Origin: Candidatus Poribacteria bacterium
GTDB lineage: Bacteria > Poribacteria > WGA-4E > PCPOR2b
DNA: 64,000 nt
Assembly (NCBI GenBank): GCA_965198175.1
Contig: OZ240245.1
Span: forward strand, 2,880,001 to 2,944,000
Direction of reading: 5' to 3'
Shown: positions 41,154 through 48,862 of the stretch, piece by piece
How the letters are laid out: the number at the start of each line of letters is the position of its first letter
How positions within the stretch are numbered: the stretch's first letter is position 1
The notes under the pieces: generated by a model
Database searches by the model: none
The model's input: only the letters and a program-made list of their open reading frames with translations
What the model was told of the DNA's origin: nothing
Made by a program: the position numbers and the translations under genes

Positions 41154-42713
41154 GTGAACACCAACCTAAATGAAATCGAACGCCGCCTGTGGAGCGCCGC
41201 CGATGAACTCCGAGCCAATTCCAGGCTCCGACCATCCGAATATTCAACACCGGTCCTCGGTCTGATTTTTCTACGGTATGCAGACCACAAATTCACACAA
41301 ACAGAACTCGAAATCAGCCGCGAACCGACGCCCGGGCGGCGCAGACGCACCGACAAGACCGAATTTCAGGCGCGCGGCGCCTTCTACCTTCCTGAAACCG
41401 CGCGATTCCAGCATCTGCTCAGTCTGCCGGAAAGTGAAAACATCGGGCAAGCCATCAACGACGCCATGAGGGCAATTGAGACGGAAAACAGACAGGTTGA
41501 CGGCGTCCTACCCAAGACCTATAACCGACTCGAAAAGTCCACCCTTCTTGAACTACTCCGCATCATGGAACAGATACCAATGGACATAGAGGGCGACGCC
41601 TTCGGCAAAGTCTACGAATATTTTCTCGGAAACTTCGCCATGACCGAAGGTGCACGCGGCGGCGAGTTCTTCACACCCACCTCCCTCGTTAAGCTAATTG
41701 TCGAGATTATTGAGCCGTTCCAAGGACGAATCCTCGACCCCGCATGCGGTTCCGGCGGCATGTTTGTACAGAGCGCCGATTTTGTACAGAGACACCGTGA
41801 AAACGGCAACGGACAAATCAGTATCCACGGAATTGAACGCGTTGCGGAGACCATCCGCCTCTGCAAAATGAACCTCGCCGTGCACGGACTCGAAGGTGAC
41901 ATTAAGCGTGCCAATAGCTACTACGAGGACCCCCACCGCGCTTTCGAGAAGTTCGACTTCGTCATGGCGAATCCCCCGTTCAACGTCGATCGGGTCGACA
42001 GGGAACGCATCAAAGACGACCCCCGCTTCCCGTTTGGGATGCCGCGCGTTGACAACGCCAACTATCTCTGGATTCAGTTGTTTGCCAGTGCGCTCAACGC
42101 CTTCGGACGCGCAGGCTTCGTCATGGCGAACTCCGCCGCCGATGCCCGCGCTTCTGAGCTGGAAATCCGCAGGCAGATTATTGAATCCCGCGCCGTTGAT
42201 GTCATGGTCAGCATCTCCTCAAACTTCTTCTATACCGTCACGCTGCCCTGCACCCTCTGGTTTCTCGACAACGCCAAACGGCACGGCGATCGGGCGGATC
42301 AGGTGTTGTTCATTGACGCCCGCCACATTTACCAGCAGGTTAGTCGCGCGCACCGAGAATTCACGCCGCAGCAACTGGAGTTTCTCGCCAACATCGTCCG
42401 CCTCTACCGCGGGGGAGCGCCCGAAAACCGACACGATAGCGCAGAGTTGATGACTGCGAAATTCCCAGACGGAACCTACGTCGATGTGGCGGGGCTCTGT
42501 AAAGTCGCGGCAACTGCGGAAATCGAAGCGCAAGGCTGGAGCCTCAACCCGGGGCGCTACGTAGGCGTCGCCGATCGGGAGGCGGATGCGTTCGACTTCG
42601 CGGAACGGCTCGGAGAACTTAACGAGGAGCTAGAAGTCCTGAACGCCGAAGCACATCAACTTGAGGAGCGCATCGGCGAGAACGTCGCCATGATTTTGGA
42701 GGAGGCGACGTAA
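41154..42713 (+). CDS. hsdM: Type I restriction-modification methyltransferase subunit
   Basis: [41 protein letters not shown] start after GGAGG. Confidence 0.97.
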   Translation: MNTNLNEIERRLWSAADELRANSRLRPSEYSTPVLGLIFLRYADHKFTQTELEISREPTPGRRRRTDKTEFQARGAFYLPETARFQHLLSLPESENIGQAINDAMRAIETENRQVDGVLPKTYNRLEKSTLLELLRIMEQIPMDIEGDAFGKVYEYFLGNFAMTEGARGGEFFTPTSLVKLIVEIIEPFQGRILDPACGSGGMFVQSADFVQRHRENGNGQISIHGIERVAETIRLCKMNLAVHGLEGDIKRANSYYEDPHRAFEKFDFVMANPPFNVDRVDRERIKDDPRFPFGMPRVDNANYLWIQLFASALNAFGRAGFVMANSAADARASELEIRRQIIESRAVDVMVSISSNFFYTVTLPCTLWFLDNAKRHGDRADQVLFIDARHIYQQVSRAHREFTPQQLEFLANIVRLYRGGAPENRHDSAELMTAKFPDGTYVDVAGLCKVAATAEIEAQGWSLNPGRYVGVADREADAFDFAERLGELNEELEVLNAEAHQLEERIGENVAMILEEAT

Positions 42714-42731
42714 CTGGTCAGGAAAATACCC

Positions 42732-42760
42732 TTGACAACGTAAATCCATGCTGATATAAT
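42732..42760 (+). promoter_or_regulatory. Perfect-consensus sigma70 promoter
   Basis: TTGACA (42732)-17 bp-TATAAT (42755), with extended -10 TG. Confidence 0.85.
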
Positions 42761-42765
42761 AATCA

Positions 42766-42839
42766 TACCGACAAGGCGTACCATTTTCTATTGAAGGGGA
42801 GACCAACACCTTTGGTAGGGATGGTGCGCCTTTTTTTTT
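42766..42839 (+). ncRNA. Candidate ~75-nt small RNA or attenuator leader (single long hairpin plus U-tract)
   Basis: AGGCGTACCATTTTCTATTGAAGG pairs with CCTTTGGTAGGGATGGTGCGCCT using several G-U pairs, followed by a T run; lies directly after the consensus promoter. Confidence 0.55.
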
Positions 42840-42891
42840 CGGTTATAATTCGGCAACGTACCTAACCTGTGAAACCGATTCAGACAAAACG

Positions 42892-43063
42892 TGTGACATT
42901 TTGTGAGGTTTTGTGACAATCAACGCGATCTCCGCAAAACTCGAAAGGCACAAAACCCGCATGACAAGCGAACTAACGCAGGTGTCGCACCTGTCAAATT
43001 TCATATCACTCGCAACCTCACAAAATGTGACATTGTGTGATAATTTGTGATATTCTGTGACAT
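42892..43063. repeat. Two arrays of TGTGA repeats with exact 10-bp period
   Basis: TGTGA at 42892, 42902, 42912 and at 43026, 43036, 43046, 43056; 17/18 inverted repeat between 42893-42910 and 43014-43031. Confidence 0.85.
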
Positions 43064-43130
43064 CGAGTTGGCAGTAGGCAGCTTACAAACTGAATTTTAA
43101 CTTCAAAAATCACGAAAAAGGAGTGCCATA

Positions 43131-43856
43131 ATGAATAAAAATGGAAACACAAAACCAGCCGCCGCACCAACTGCGGAATCCATGCTGAAAATCACCAAGG
43201 AACAAGAATGGGCAGCGTCGCTACGGCGAAGGAAAGACAGAGAAGAGATTGCTGCCGCAGTCGGCGTATCGCCTGACATCATTGAAGATTGGGAAGAACA
43301 TCCCCGTTATCTTGCGGAGATTGCCCAAATTGACTTGGAAATCAATGCGGACGCCGAAGTAAAACAAGCTGCCGCGCTCGTATTAAGAAATTTCTCCTAT
43401 GCAGATGCCGAAGCCGCGCTCGATTTGGAAGAAGGCACTATCATAAAGTGGGCGCGGGACGCGGGTAGCGCGTTTAATTCACTCCTCGTTCAGATGAAAT
43501 TTCTTGCCAATCCCCCTACGCCATCTGACGATAAATACGACGACTTGGAGGGATTGAGCGACGAGCAAATACAGGCGATTCCCCTTATTTTGGAGGGAAA
43601 AACCGATGCAGAAGTCGCCGAATCAATCGGAAAAACGCGCGAGACCGTCAACCGATGGCGCAACCACGACGACAAGTTCGCGTGCGCATTGGACGATGCA
43701 CGTGATTCATTTATGGAGTCCCAGCGTGTAGCGGTTTCCGCCGGCGCACAAAAGGCGGTCTCTACCCTCGAAGAGCTGCTCGACAGCCAAGACGATAAAG
43801 TCCGGCTGCAAGCCGCAAGCTTACTCCTCAAATCCGCGCCAGCACTCAAAAAATAG
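43131..43856 (+). CDS. Protein with three tandem homeodomain-like HTH repeats (terminase-small-subunit-like HTH)
   Basis: EEIAAAVGVSPDIIEDW, ADAEAALDLEEGTIIKW, AEVAESIGKTRETVNRW; C-terminal AVSTLEELL..KVRLQAA; AAAGGAG RBS. Confidence 0.75.
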   Translation: MNKNGNTKPAAAPTAESMLKITKEQEWAASLRRRKDREEIAAAVGVSPDIIEDWEEHPRYLAEIAQIDLEINADAEVKQAAALVLRNFSYADAEAALDLEEGTIIKWARDAGSAFNSLLVQMKFLANPPTPSDDKYDDLEGLSDEQIQAIPLILEGKTDAEVAESIGKTRETVNRWRNHDDKFACALDDARDSFMESQRVAVSAGAQKAVSTLEELLDSQDDKVRLQAASLLLKSAPALKK

Positions 43857-43952
43857 AGTCGGACTAAATCGTCCATAGTTTTAGCGCCCCCTGACAACAG
43901 AGGGTTAGATTCCTATGTTCTAAAGAGGTTCTGGGTAGGTTGGGGTGTAAAT

Positions 43953-44203
43953 TGTCTGAATCAGGATTCGCAGGATTATAGGATTTTCAGGATAACAAAT
44001 CTTTACAACGACAATCAATCCTGATTATCCTAAAATCCCGTTAAGCTTGCCAACCCTGTATCTCTAAATTCAGAAAAGATGGGATGATAAATTCGAGCAG
44101 CTCCAGTCGGAATCTGAAAAGGGATTTGTAGCATCAATCGCCTTCAGCATAATGAACTACCAATCCTGTAAATCCTTTAATCCTGCAAATCCTGATTCAG
44201 ACA
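43953..44203. mobile_element. MITE-like element with 41-bp terminal inverted repeats built from CAGGATT units
   Basis: 43953-43993 versus 44163-44203 match 38/41 in inverted orientation; no coding capacity. Confidence 0.7.
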
Positions 44204-44235
44204 GAATGTGGCGATGATTTTGGAGCAATTTTACT

Positions 44236-45429
44236 ATGAAGCCTAGCCTTTTTAAATCAACTTTGCTTGGTGATGTGCTGAATTTCTTCAATGGTAAATC
44301 CATAAAGACGGGAGGTGACGGCGCATTTCCGGTCTATGGATCAAACGGCTTGATTGGGCAGAGTGATGAATATACACATCAAAACGGGTTGATTATTGGT
44401 CGTGTAGGTGCATATTGTGGAGCAATCAAATACTGCAAGACAAATTTTTGGGCATCAGACAACACAATTGTAGGACAGCCGAAGGATGCTTCGTTTGACA
44501 CCAGGTACTCATACTACTTGCTTAGAGATCTAAACTTAAATCGTTATGCAGGTGGATCTGCACAACCCTTACTAACACAGACAGTTCTCCGACAAGTGCC
44601 AACTTCAATACCCCTGCTTCCAACCCAACGCAAAATCGCCGCAGTCCTCAGCGCCTACGACGACCTTATTGAAAACAACACCCGCCGCATCAATATCCTT
44701 GAAGACATGGCGCAAACAATCTACCGGCAATGGTTCATCGAATTCCGCTTCCCCGGACATGAAAACGTCCCAATGGTCGAGTCAGAGCTAGGCTCAATCC
44801 CGCAGGGGTGGGAAGCTAATTTTTCAGACTATGTGGATTTCAAGGAAGGCCCCGGTTTGCGCCATTGGCAATATCGAGACAGTGGCATACCATTCTTGAA
44901 CATTAGAACCCTTGTAGACAATGACATTGACTTGTCAAAGGTACAATATTTGGAAGAAGATGAGGTGGAAAGAAGGTACTCTCACTTTTTGCTAGAACCC
45001 TTCGATCACGTTGTTTCCAGTTCGGGAACAATAGGGCGAATCGTAACGATACAAAAGAATCATTTACCGTTAATGCTGAATACAAGCATTATCCGCATGC
45101 GAGCCAATACCCAAAGTGTTGGAGTCTGGCAATTAAGGCATTTCCTAAAATCCGATTATTTTCAATATCAAATTCATACTCTGGCAACCGGAACCGCTCA
45201 GAAAAACTATGGTCCATCTCATCTCAAACAAATGAAGATTATCGCGCCAGATTTCCGAATTGGGCGAAACTATGAGGCTATTGTGGCACCTATGGAGGAA
45301 CTAATCGGTCAACTTGTGATGAAAAATCAAAACCTCCGCCAAACCCGGGATCTCCTGCTTCCCAAACTAATCTCGGGCGAGCTAAACGTATCCGAACTTG
45401 ACATTGACTCTAACGGATTACTACCGTGA
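44236..45429 (+). CDS. hsdS: Type I restriction-modification specificity subunit
   Basis: Two TRDs separated by conserved PTQRKIAAVLSAYDDLIENN...WF..FRFPG; C-terminal LRQTRDLLLPKLISGEL. Confidence 0.96.
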   Translation: MKPSLFKSTLLGDVLNFFNGKSIKTGGDGAFPVYGSNGLIGQSDEYTHQNGLIIGRVGAYCGAIKYCKTNFWASDNTIVGQPKDASFDTRYSYYLLRDLNLNRYAGGSAQPLLTQTVLRQVPTSIPLLPTQRKIAAVLSAYDDLIENNTRRINILEDMAQTIYRQWFIEFRFPGHENVPMVESELGSIPQGWEANFSDYVDFKEGPGLRHWQYRDSGIPFLNIRTLVDNDIDLSKVQYLEEDEVERRYSHFLLEPFDHVVSSSGTIGRIVTIQKNHLPLMLNTSIIRMRANTQSVGVWQLRHFLKSDYFQYQIHTLATGTAQKNYGPSHLKQMKIIAPDFRIGRNYEAIVAPMEELIGQLVMKNQNLRQTRDLLLPKLISGELNVSELDIDSNGLLP

Positions 45430-45717
45430 GCAAGTCGGCTTGAAAACTGTGAAAATTTCATAGTAACATTTTTCCAAGAATTCGGCAAACCCGTGCTCCA
45501 CCTACGTTACTAGGCATTTTTGTCTCCTCCCTTTTCTCAGTTTACTATGAAAACTATGAATTCCACCATCAGGGTCGCAAAGCGCTTCACCCGCTACGCC
45601 AAGTTCCCAACATCAAAATAATACCTAGAGCGACGATTATCTTTCGCATAATAACCGATGTTATGCTAAAATATCTTAGTCTAATGACCGCACAGTAGCA
45701 AGGAGAGGTGGCGAACC

Positions 45718-46887
45718 ATGCCTGAAGCGAATGCACTATTAGAGAAGGTCCATATCAAAAACTACCTGAGCTTACGCGACGTTGAACTTCCATTCAAGCC
45801 TTTGACGGTATTGGTCGGCCCCAATGCCAGTGGGAAGTCAAATATCTTGAGTGCCTTGGGCAGTCTCATGGAAAGGATGACTAGTGAAGACCCACCCTCA
45901 GTTGAATTTGTCCAAGATTCACTTTGGGCTGGCGGAGGAAGTCACATCACCTTTCAGTTACAAGCTCAGGCGCGCGAAACCCGATGTGTGTACGACTTGG
46001 CGCTTAAGGCGCACGCTGAAAATCCTCTTATCGATGAAAAGTTACTGGTTAACGATGTTAAGACAATCGCAATTGAGCAAGGAGAGGGCGCCGTTTGGGA
46101 TGAAGATGGCAAGAACCGGACAAGATACAAATCTAATCAACTTGCATTGCGGTCTGCGGGCGACTACGGCGACAAGCCTGCTACAGGCGCCCTGACCGAG
46201 TTTATTAAGGGTTGGAAATTTTATGATATTCAACCAGATTTTATACGAGATCGGCTCACGAGATTCTCGCCCGCAATAAAGGGACTGCGCGAATCTCCAA
46301 AGCTTGACAGATACGGTTTTCGATTATCGGCGTTACTCACGTACTGGCATGAGTACATTCCGGAGGGTTTCCTAAACGTTAGCGAATCTCTTGCTGATAC
46401 TACCAACCTAAAGATAGATCAACGTACAATTGGGGAATACGACCAGTTATGTCTGTTAGAAGGATACAAGGAGCCAATTCCATTGAATAGAGCGTCCGAC
46501 GGTACATTGCGGCTTGTGGCATATTACACGTTGCTCAACGAGCCTGAATTGCCACCGCTAATTGCCATTGAAGAACCGGAGCGAAATCTGCATCCCGGTG
46601 CACTAACCGATATCGCCAACGTTCTGGGGAAGCTCTCCGAACGAACCCAAGTGATAATCACAACGCACAGTTCTCAACTTCTCGATGCCTTCAATCCTGA
46701 GAACTTGTCGGATTCGCTCGGTGTTTTACTCTTACGTAACCGTCCTGGGAGTGGCACGGAAGTCCTCAACATTGAAGAAATCCGCGAAGACCGAGCCGCA
46801 CTGGACGGTTGGATTGCAGATTTCGGAATCGGCAGCGCCGTTTTTGAGAGCGAACTCCTACAAGACCTGATGGAGGAGACTGCGTGA
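45718..46887 (+). CDS. ABC/SMC-like AAA_21-type ATPase
   Basis: IKNYLSL, Walker A GPNASGKS, signature ASDGT, Walker B IEEPERNLHP, H-loop ITTHS. Confidence 0.9.
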   Translation: MPEANALLEKVHIKNYLSLRDVELPFKPLTVLVGPNASGKSNILSALGSLMERMTSEDPPSVEFVQDSLWAGGGSHITFQLQAQARETRCVYDLALKAHAENPLIDEKLLVNDVKTIAIEQGEGAVWDEDGKNRTRYKSNQLALRSAGDYGDKPATGALTEFIKGWKFYDIQPDFIRDRLTRFSPAIKGLRESPKLDRYGFRLSALLTYWHEYIPEGFLNVSESLADTTNLKIDQRTIGEYDQLCLLEGYKEPIPLNRASDGTLRLVAYYTLLNEPELPPLIAIEEPERNLHPGALTDIANVLGKLSERTQVIITTHSSQLLDAFNPENLSDSLGVLLLRNRPGSGTEVLNIEEIREDRAALDGWIADFGIGSAVFESELLQDLMEETA

Positions 46888-47597
46888 CCACCGTAAGAAT
46901 CTGGACATTGGAATCCGAAAATGATGCCAGAGCCGTTCGAAGCTTAGCGGAAAAGCTACTTTCACATCTACGACTATCCAATATTTCAATCCGAACAGCT
47001 TGGAAACGTCCCACAAACCGAGACGCTCTGATGAAAAAGACACAACATTACCTCATGCAGGATGACTGTGTTATCTTCGTCATTGACAGAGATGGCCCAA
47101 TGTCCGCCTATCAACGGCACAAAGAACCAAATTCGCTTATTAACCAAATTAAATGGGTCCACAAGGAAATTAGCATTACTGACAAAGTATTTTTTGCTCC
47201 CGCTGTGGAGGAGTTGGAAGCTTGGTTGCTAATCGATTGTCTTGGGATTTTCTGTTATTTCGCTAACAAACATGGACAATACAAGGAAATTTGCCGCGAA
47301 AATGTGACAGATAACCAATCTTTCCAGCAATTAGTCAAGCGCTATCAAAAAATTAATACAGAGAAAATCGTCGACACGCGAACCGGCAACAGCGGAGCCA
47401 AGAAACTCTTGACGGAGTTCTCCGAAAAGATACTGATTCGACTCAATCCAAACATAAAGGCTGAAGCAACGCGATATCGTCCAGCGATGTCCCCTAAAAT
47501 TGCCGAACATGTGGTTGTTAACGCACAGACATTGCAGCGCAACAAATCCCTCCGCCATATCGGAGAAGTGCTCGAAAGATTCAAGTTACAGTATTGA
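46884..47597 (+). CDS. TOPRIM-like partner of the ATPase (DUF4276-like)
   Basis: GTGA overlap with the ATPase; N-terminal E (TLESENDA), DxD (VIDRDG), EELEAWLL, and late SP..NKSL motif. Confidence 0.7.
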   Translation: MTTVRIWTLESENDARAVRSLAEKLLSHLRLSNISIRTAWKRPTNRDALMKKTQHYLMQDDCVIFVIDRDGPMSAYQRHKEPNSLINQIKWVHKEISITDKVFFAPAVEELEAWLLIDCLGIFCYFANKHGQYKEICRENVTDNQSFQQLVKRYQKINTEKIVDTRTGNSGAKKLLTEFSEKILIRLNPNIKAEATRYRPAMSPKIAEHVVVNAQTLQRNKSLRHIGEVLERFKLQY

Positions 47598-47734
47598 AAG
47601 TCGCCCTCTTTTTAGATTGTAATTACTGTAGTTTTGTCACAAACGATGCCTCAGATAAAAGGCACGACTGAAAGAGGAAACGCGGTAGTAGGGCAATCTT
47701 GTGGCCTGTCCACCTCTCGCTCCCCCTTAGCAAG

Positions 47735-48018
47735 CTAACTATTACCTACATCTCAACGAGAGCGTATCATGCTTTCCTAGAAACAACGATTTATCGCAAA
47801 TACCCACATACCGCTCCTCTGGCGCGGGTGAGTCGTGCACATCTTGGCTATAGACATCGCACTCCGCTGGAGTGCAAGACATTTTACCTATGGGGGCGTA
47901 ATACGGTTAGAAGGGTTTCGCTCCAGCGGAGCGGTATGTTGCTGCGCGTAAATGTTCTGTGGTTAACCTTGTGAGTATCAACGCCGTGCGATTTTCCGGA
48001 CTTGTGGGTAATAGTAAG
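47735..48018. mobile_element. 284-bp MITE with IS4/IS50-like ends and 10-bp target-site duplication
   Basis: TIRs CTAACTATTACCTACA / CTTACTATTACCCACA (14/16); CCTTAGCAAG duplicated at 47725-47734 and 48019-48028. Confidence 0.85.
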
Positions 48019-48058
48019 CCTTAGCAAGGGGGAGAAATTTTGCAGAACCCTCGAACTC

Positions 48059-48083
48059 GTAGGGGCACCCCTTGTGGGTGCCC
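48059..48083 (+). repeat. REP-like GTAG palindrome
   Basis: GTAG-GGGCACCC-CTTGT-GGGTGCCC; related degenerate hairpins near 47688 and 48769. Confidence 0.7.
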
Positions 48084-48121
48084 TCTTAGCTGACTAACAC
48101 TACTCCCAAAAGAAGACACGA

Positions 48122-48349
48122 GTGATGCAACCCGTACCTCTGCAGAAATGGACGGACCGAATTGTTATAGACGAAGCGATTTTGACTGGAAAGCCTGTTA
48201 TTAAAGGCACGCGTTTAGCTGTCGAATTCATTATTGACCTGTTAGTGCACGGATGGAGTGAAGCTGAGATTCTCGAAAATTACCCTGGTATTGTGATTGA
48301 GGACATTAGGGCATGTCTCGCTTATGCCAACGCTTTAATCAAGGATTAA
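48122..48349 (+). CDS. DUF433-family antitoxin-like protein
   Basis: ILTGKPVIKGTRLAVEFIIDLL..GWSEAEILENYP...EDIRACLAYA. Confidence 0.88.
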   Translation: MMQPVPLQKWTDRIVIDEAILTGKPVIKGTRLAVEFIIDLLVHGWSEAEILENYPGIVIEDIRACLAYANALIKD

Positions 48350-48352
48350 GCA

Positions 48353-48427
48353 CATCCATTGCGGAGAATAGATTTCAACAAACAGCGACTCAGAATCACG
48401 AGAGCAATGGAAATGAAAAATGAGTGA
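48353..48427 (+). pseudogene. Possible 3' remnant of a RelE/Gp49-like toxin gene
   Basis: Start-less frame HPLRRIDFNKQRLRITRAMEMKNE* overlaps the XRE start, as cognate toxins usually do. Confidence 0.4.
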
Positions 48428-48749
48428 AATCGTCAAATTCAAGCAGAGCTCTGGTAATCTGTTTCAGGACATCGGTTTTTCCGTGGCGGAAGCGGAACGT
48501 GAACTCTTGAAGTCGGATCTCGCTTATGAAATCCACACAATTCTTGAGAAACGAAAACTGACACAGGCAAAAGCAGGAGAAATCCTCGGAATCGATAAGT
48601 CCGATGTGTCCCGACTTAAGAATGGCGATTTTGACTGTTTTAGCGTGGAGCGTCTGTTTACATTTCTGAACCGACTCAACCACAATGTCGAGGTTCGCAT
48701 TACGCCTTCGGGAGATACCGGGGGACGCCAGCGTGTCGTCGCGGTTTAG
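48420..48749 (+). CDS. XRE-family HTH antitoxin-like regulator (HigA/HTH_37 type)
   Basis: SSGNLFQDIGF, KLTQAKAGEILGIDKSDVSRLKNG, FSVERLFTFLNRL. Confidence 0.88.
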   Translation: MSEIVKFKQSSGNLFQDIGFSVAEAERELLKSDLAYEIHTILEKRKLTQAKAGEILGIDKSDVSRLKNGDFDCFSVERLFTFLNRLNHNVEVRITPSGDTGGRQRVVAV

Positions 48750-48862
48750 CTGCCTACCCTCTTCCGCTGTGGGAGAGGCATCCTTGCCTCGATAATTCGG
48801 AAAAGAATTCTCCCAATTACATAAGTTGAAAGGATTGTCTGTATTTCTTAGGACCAAAAAGC

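Noticed and set aside
42781..42792. Antisense pairing of the candidate sRNA with the start of the HTH gene
   Set aside because: About 11 AU-rich bp with a bulge, sequestered in the stem; chance level.
42892..43063. TGTGA repeats as CRP sites or a mini-CRISPR
   Set aside because: They are direct repeats at 10-bp period, not TGTGA-N6-TCACA palindromes, and are far too short for CRISPR.
43131..43856. Prophage
   Set aside because: The HTH resembles terminase-small-subunit HTHs, but there is no large terminase, portal, capsid or integrase nearby.
44228..45470. Inverted TTACTATGAA motifs flanking hsdS as invertase sites (phase variation)
   Set aside because: Only ~10-14 AT-rich bp, a third copy at ~45542, and no recombinase or silent hsdS copy in the window.
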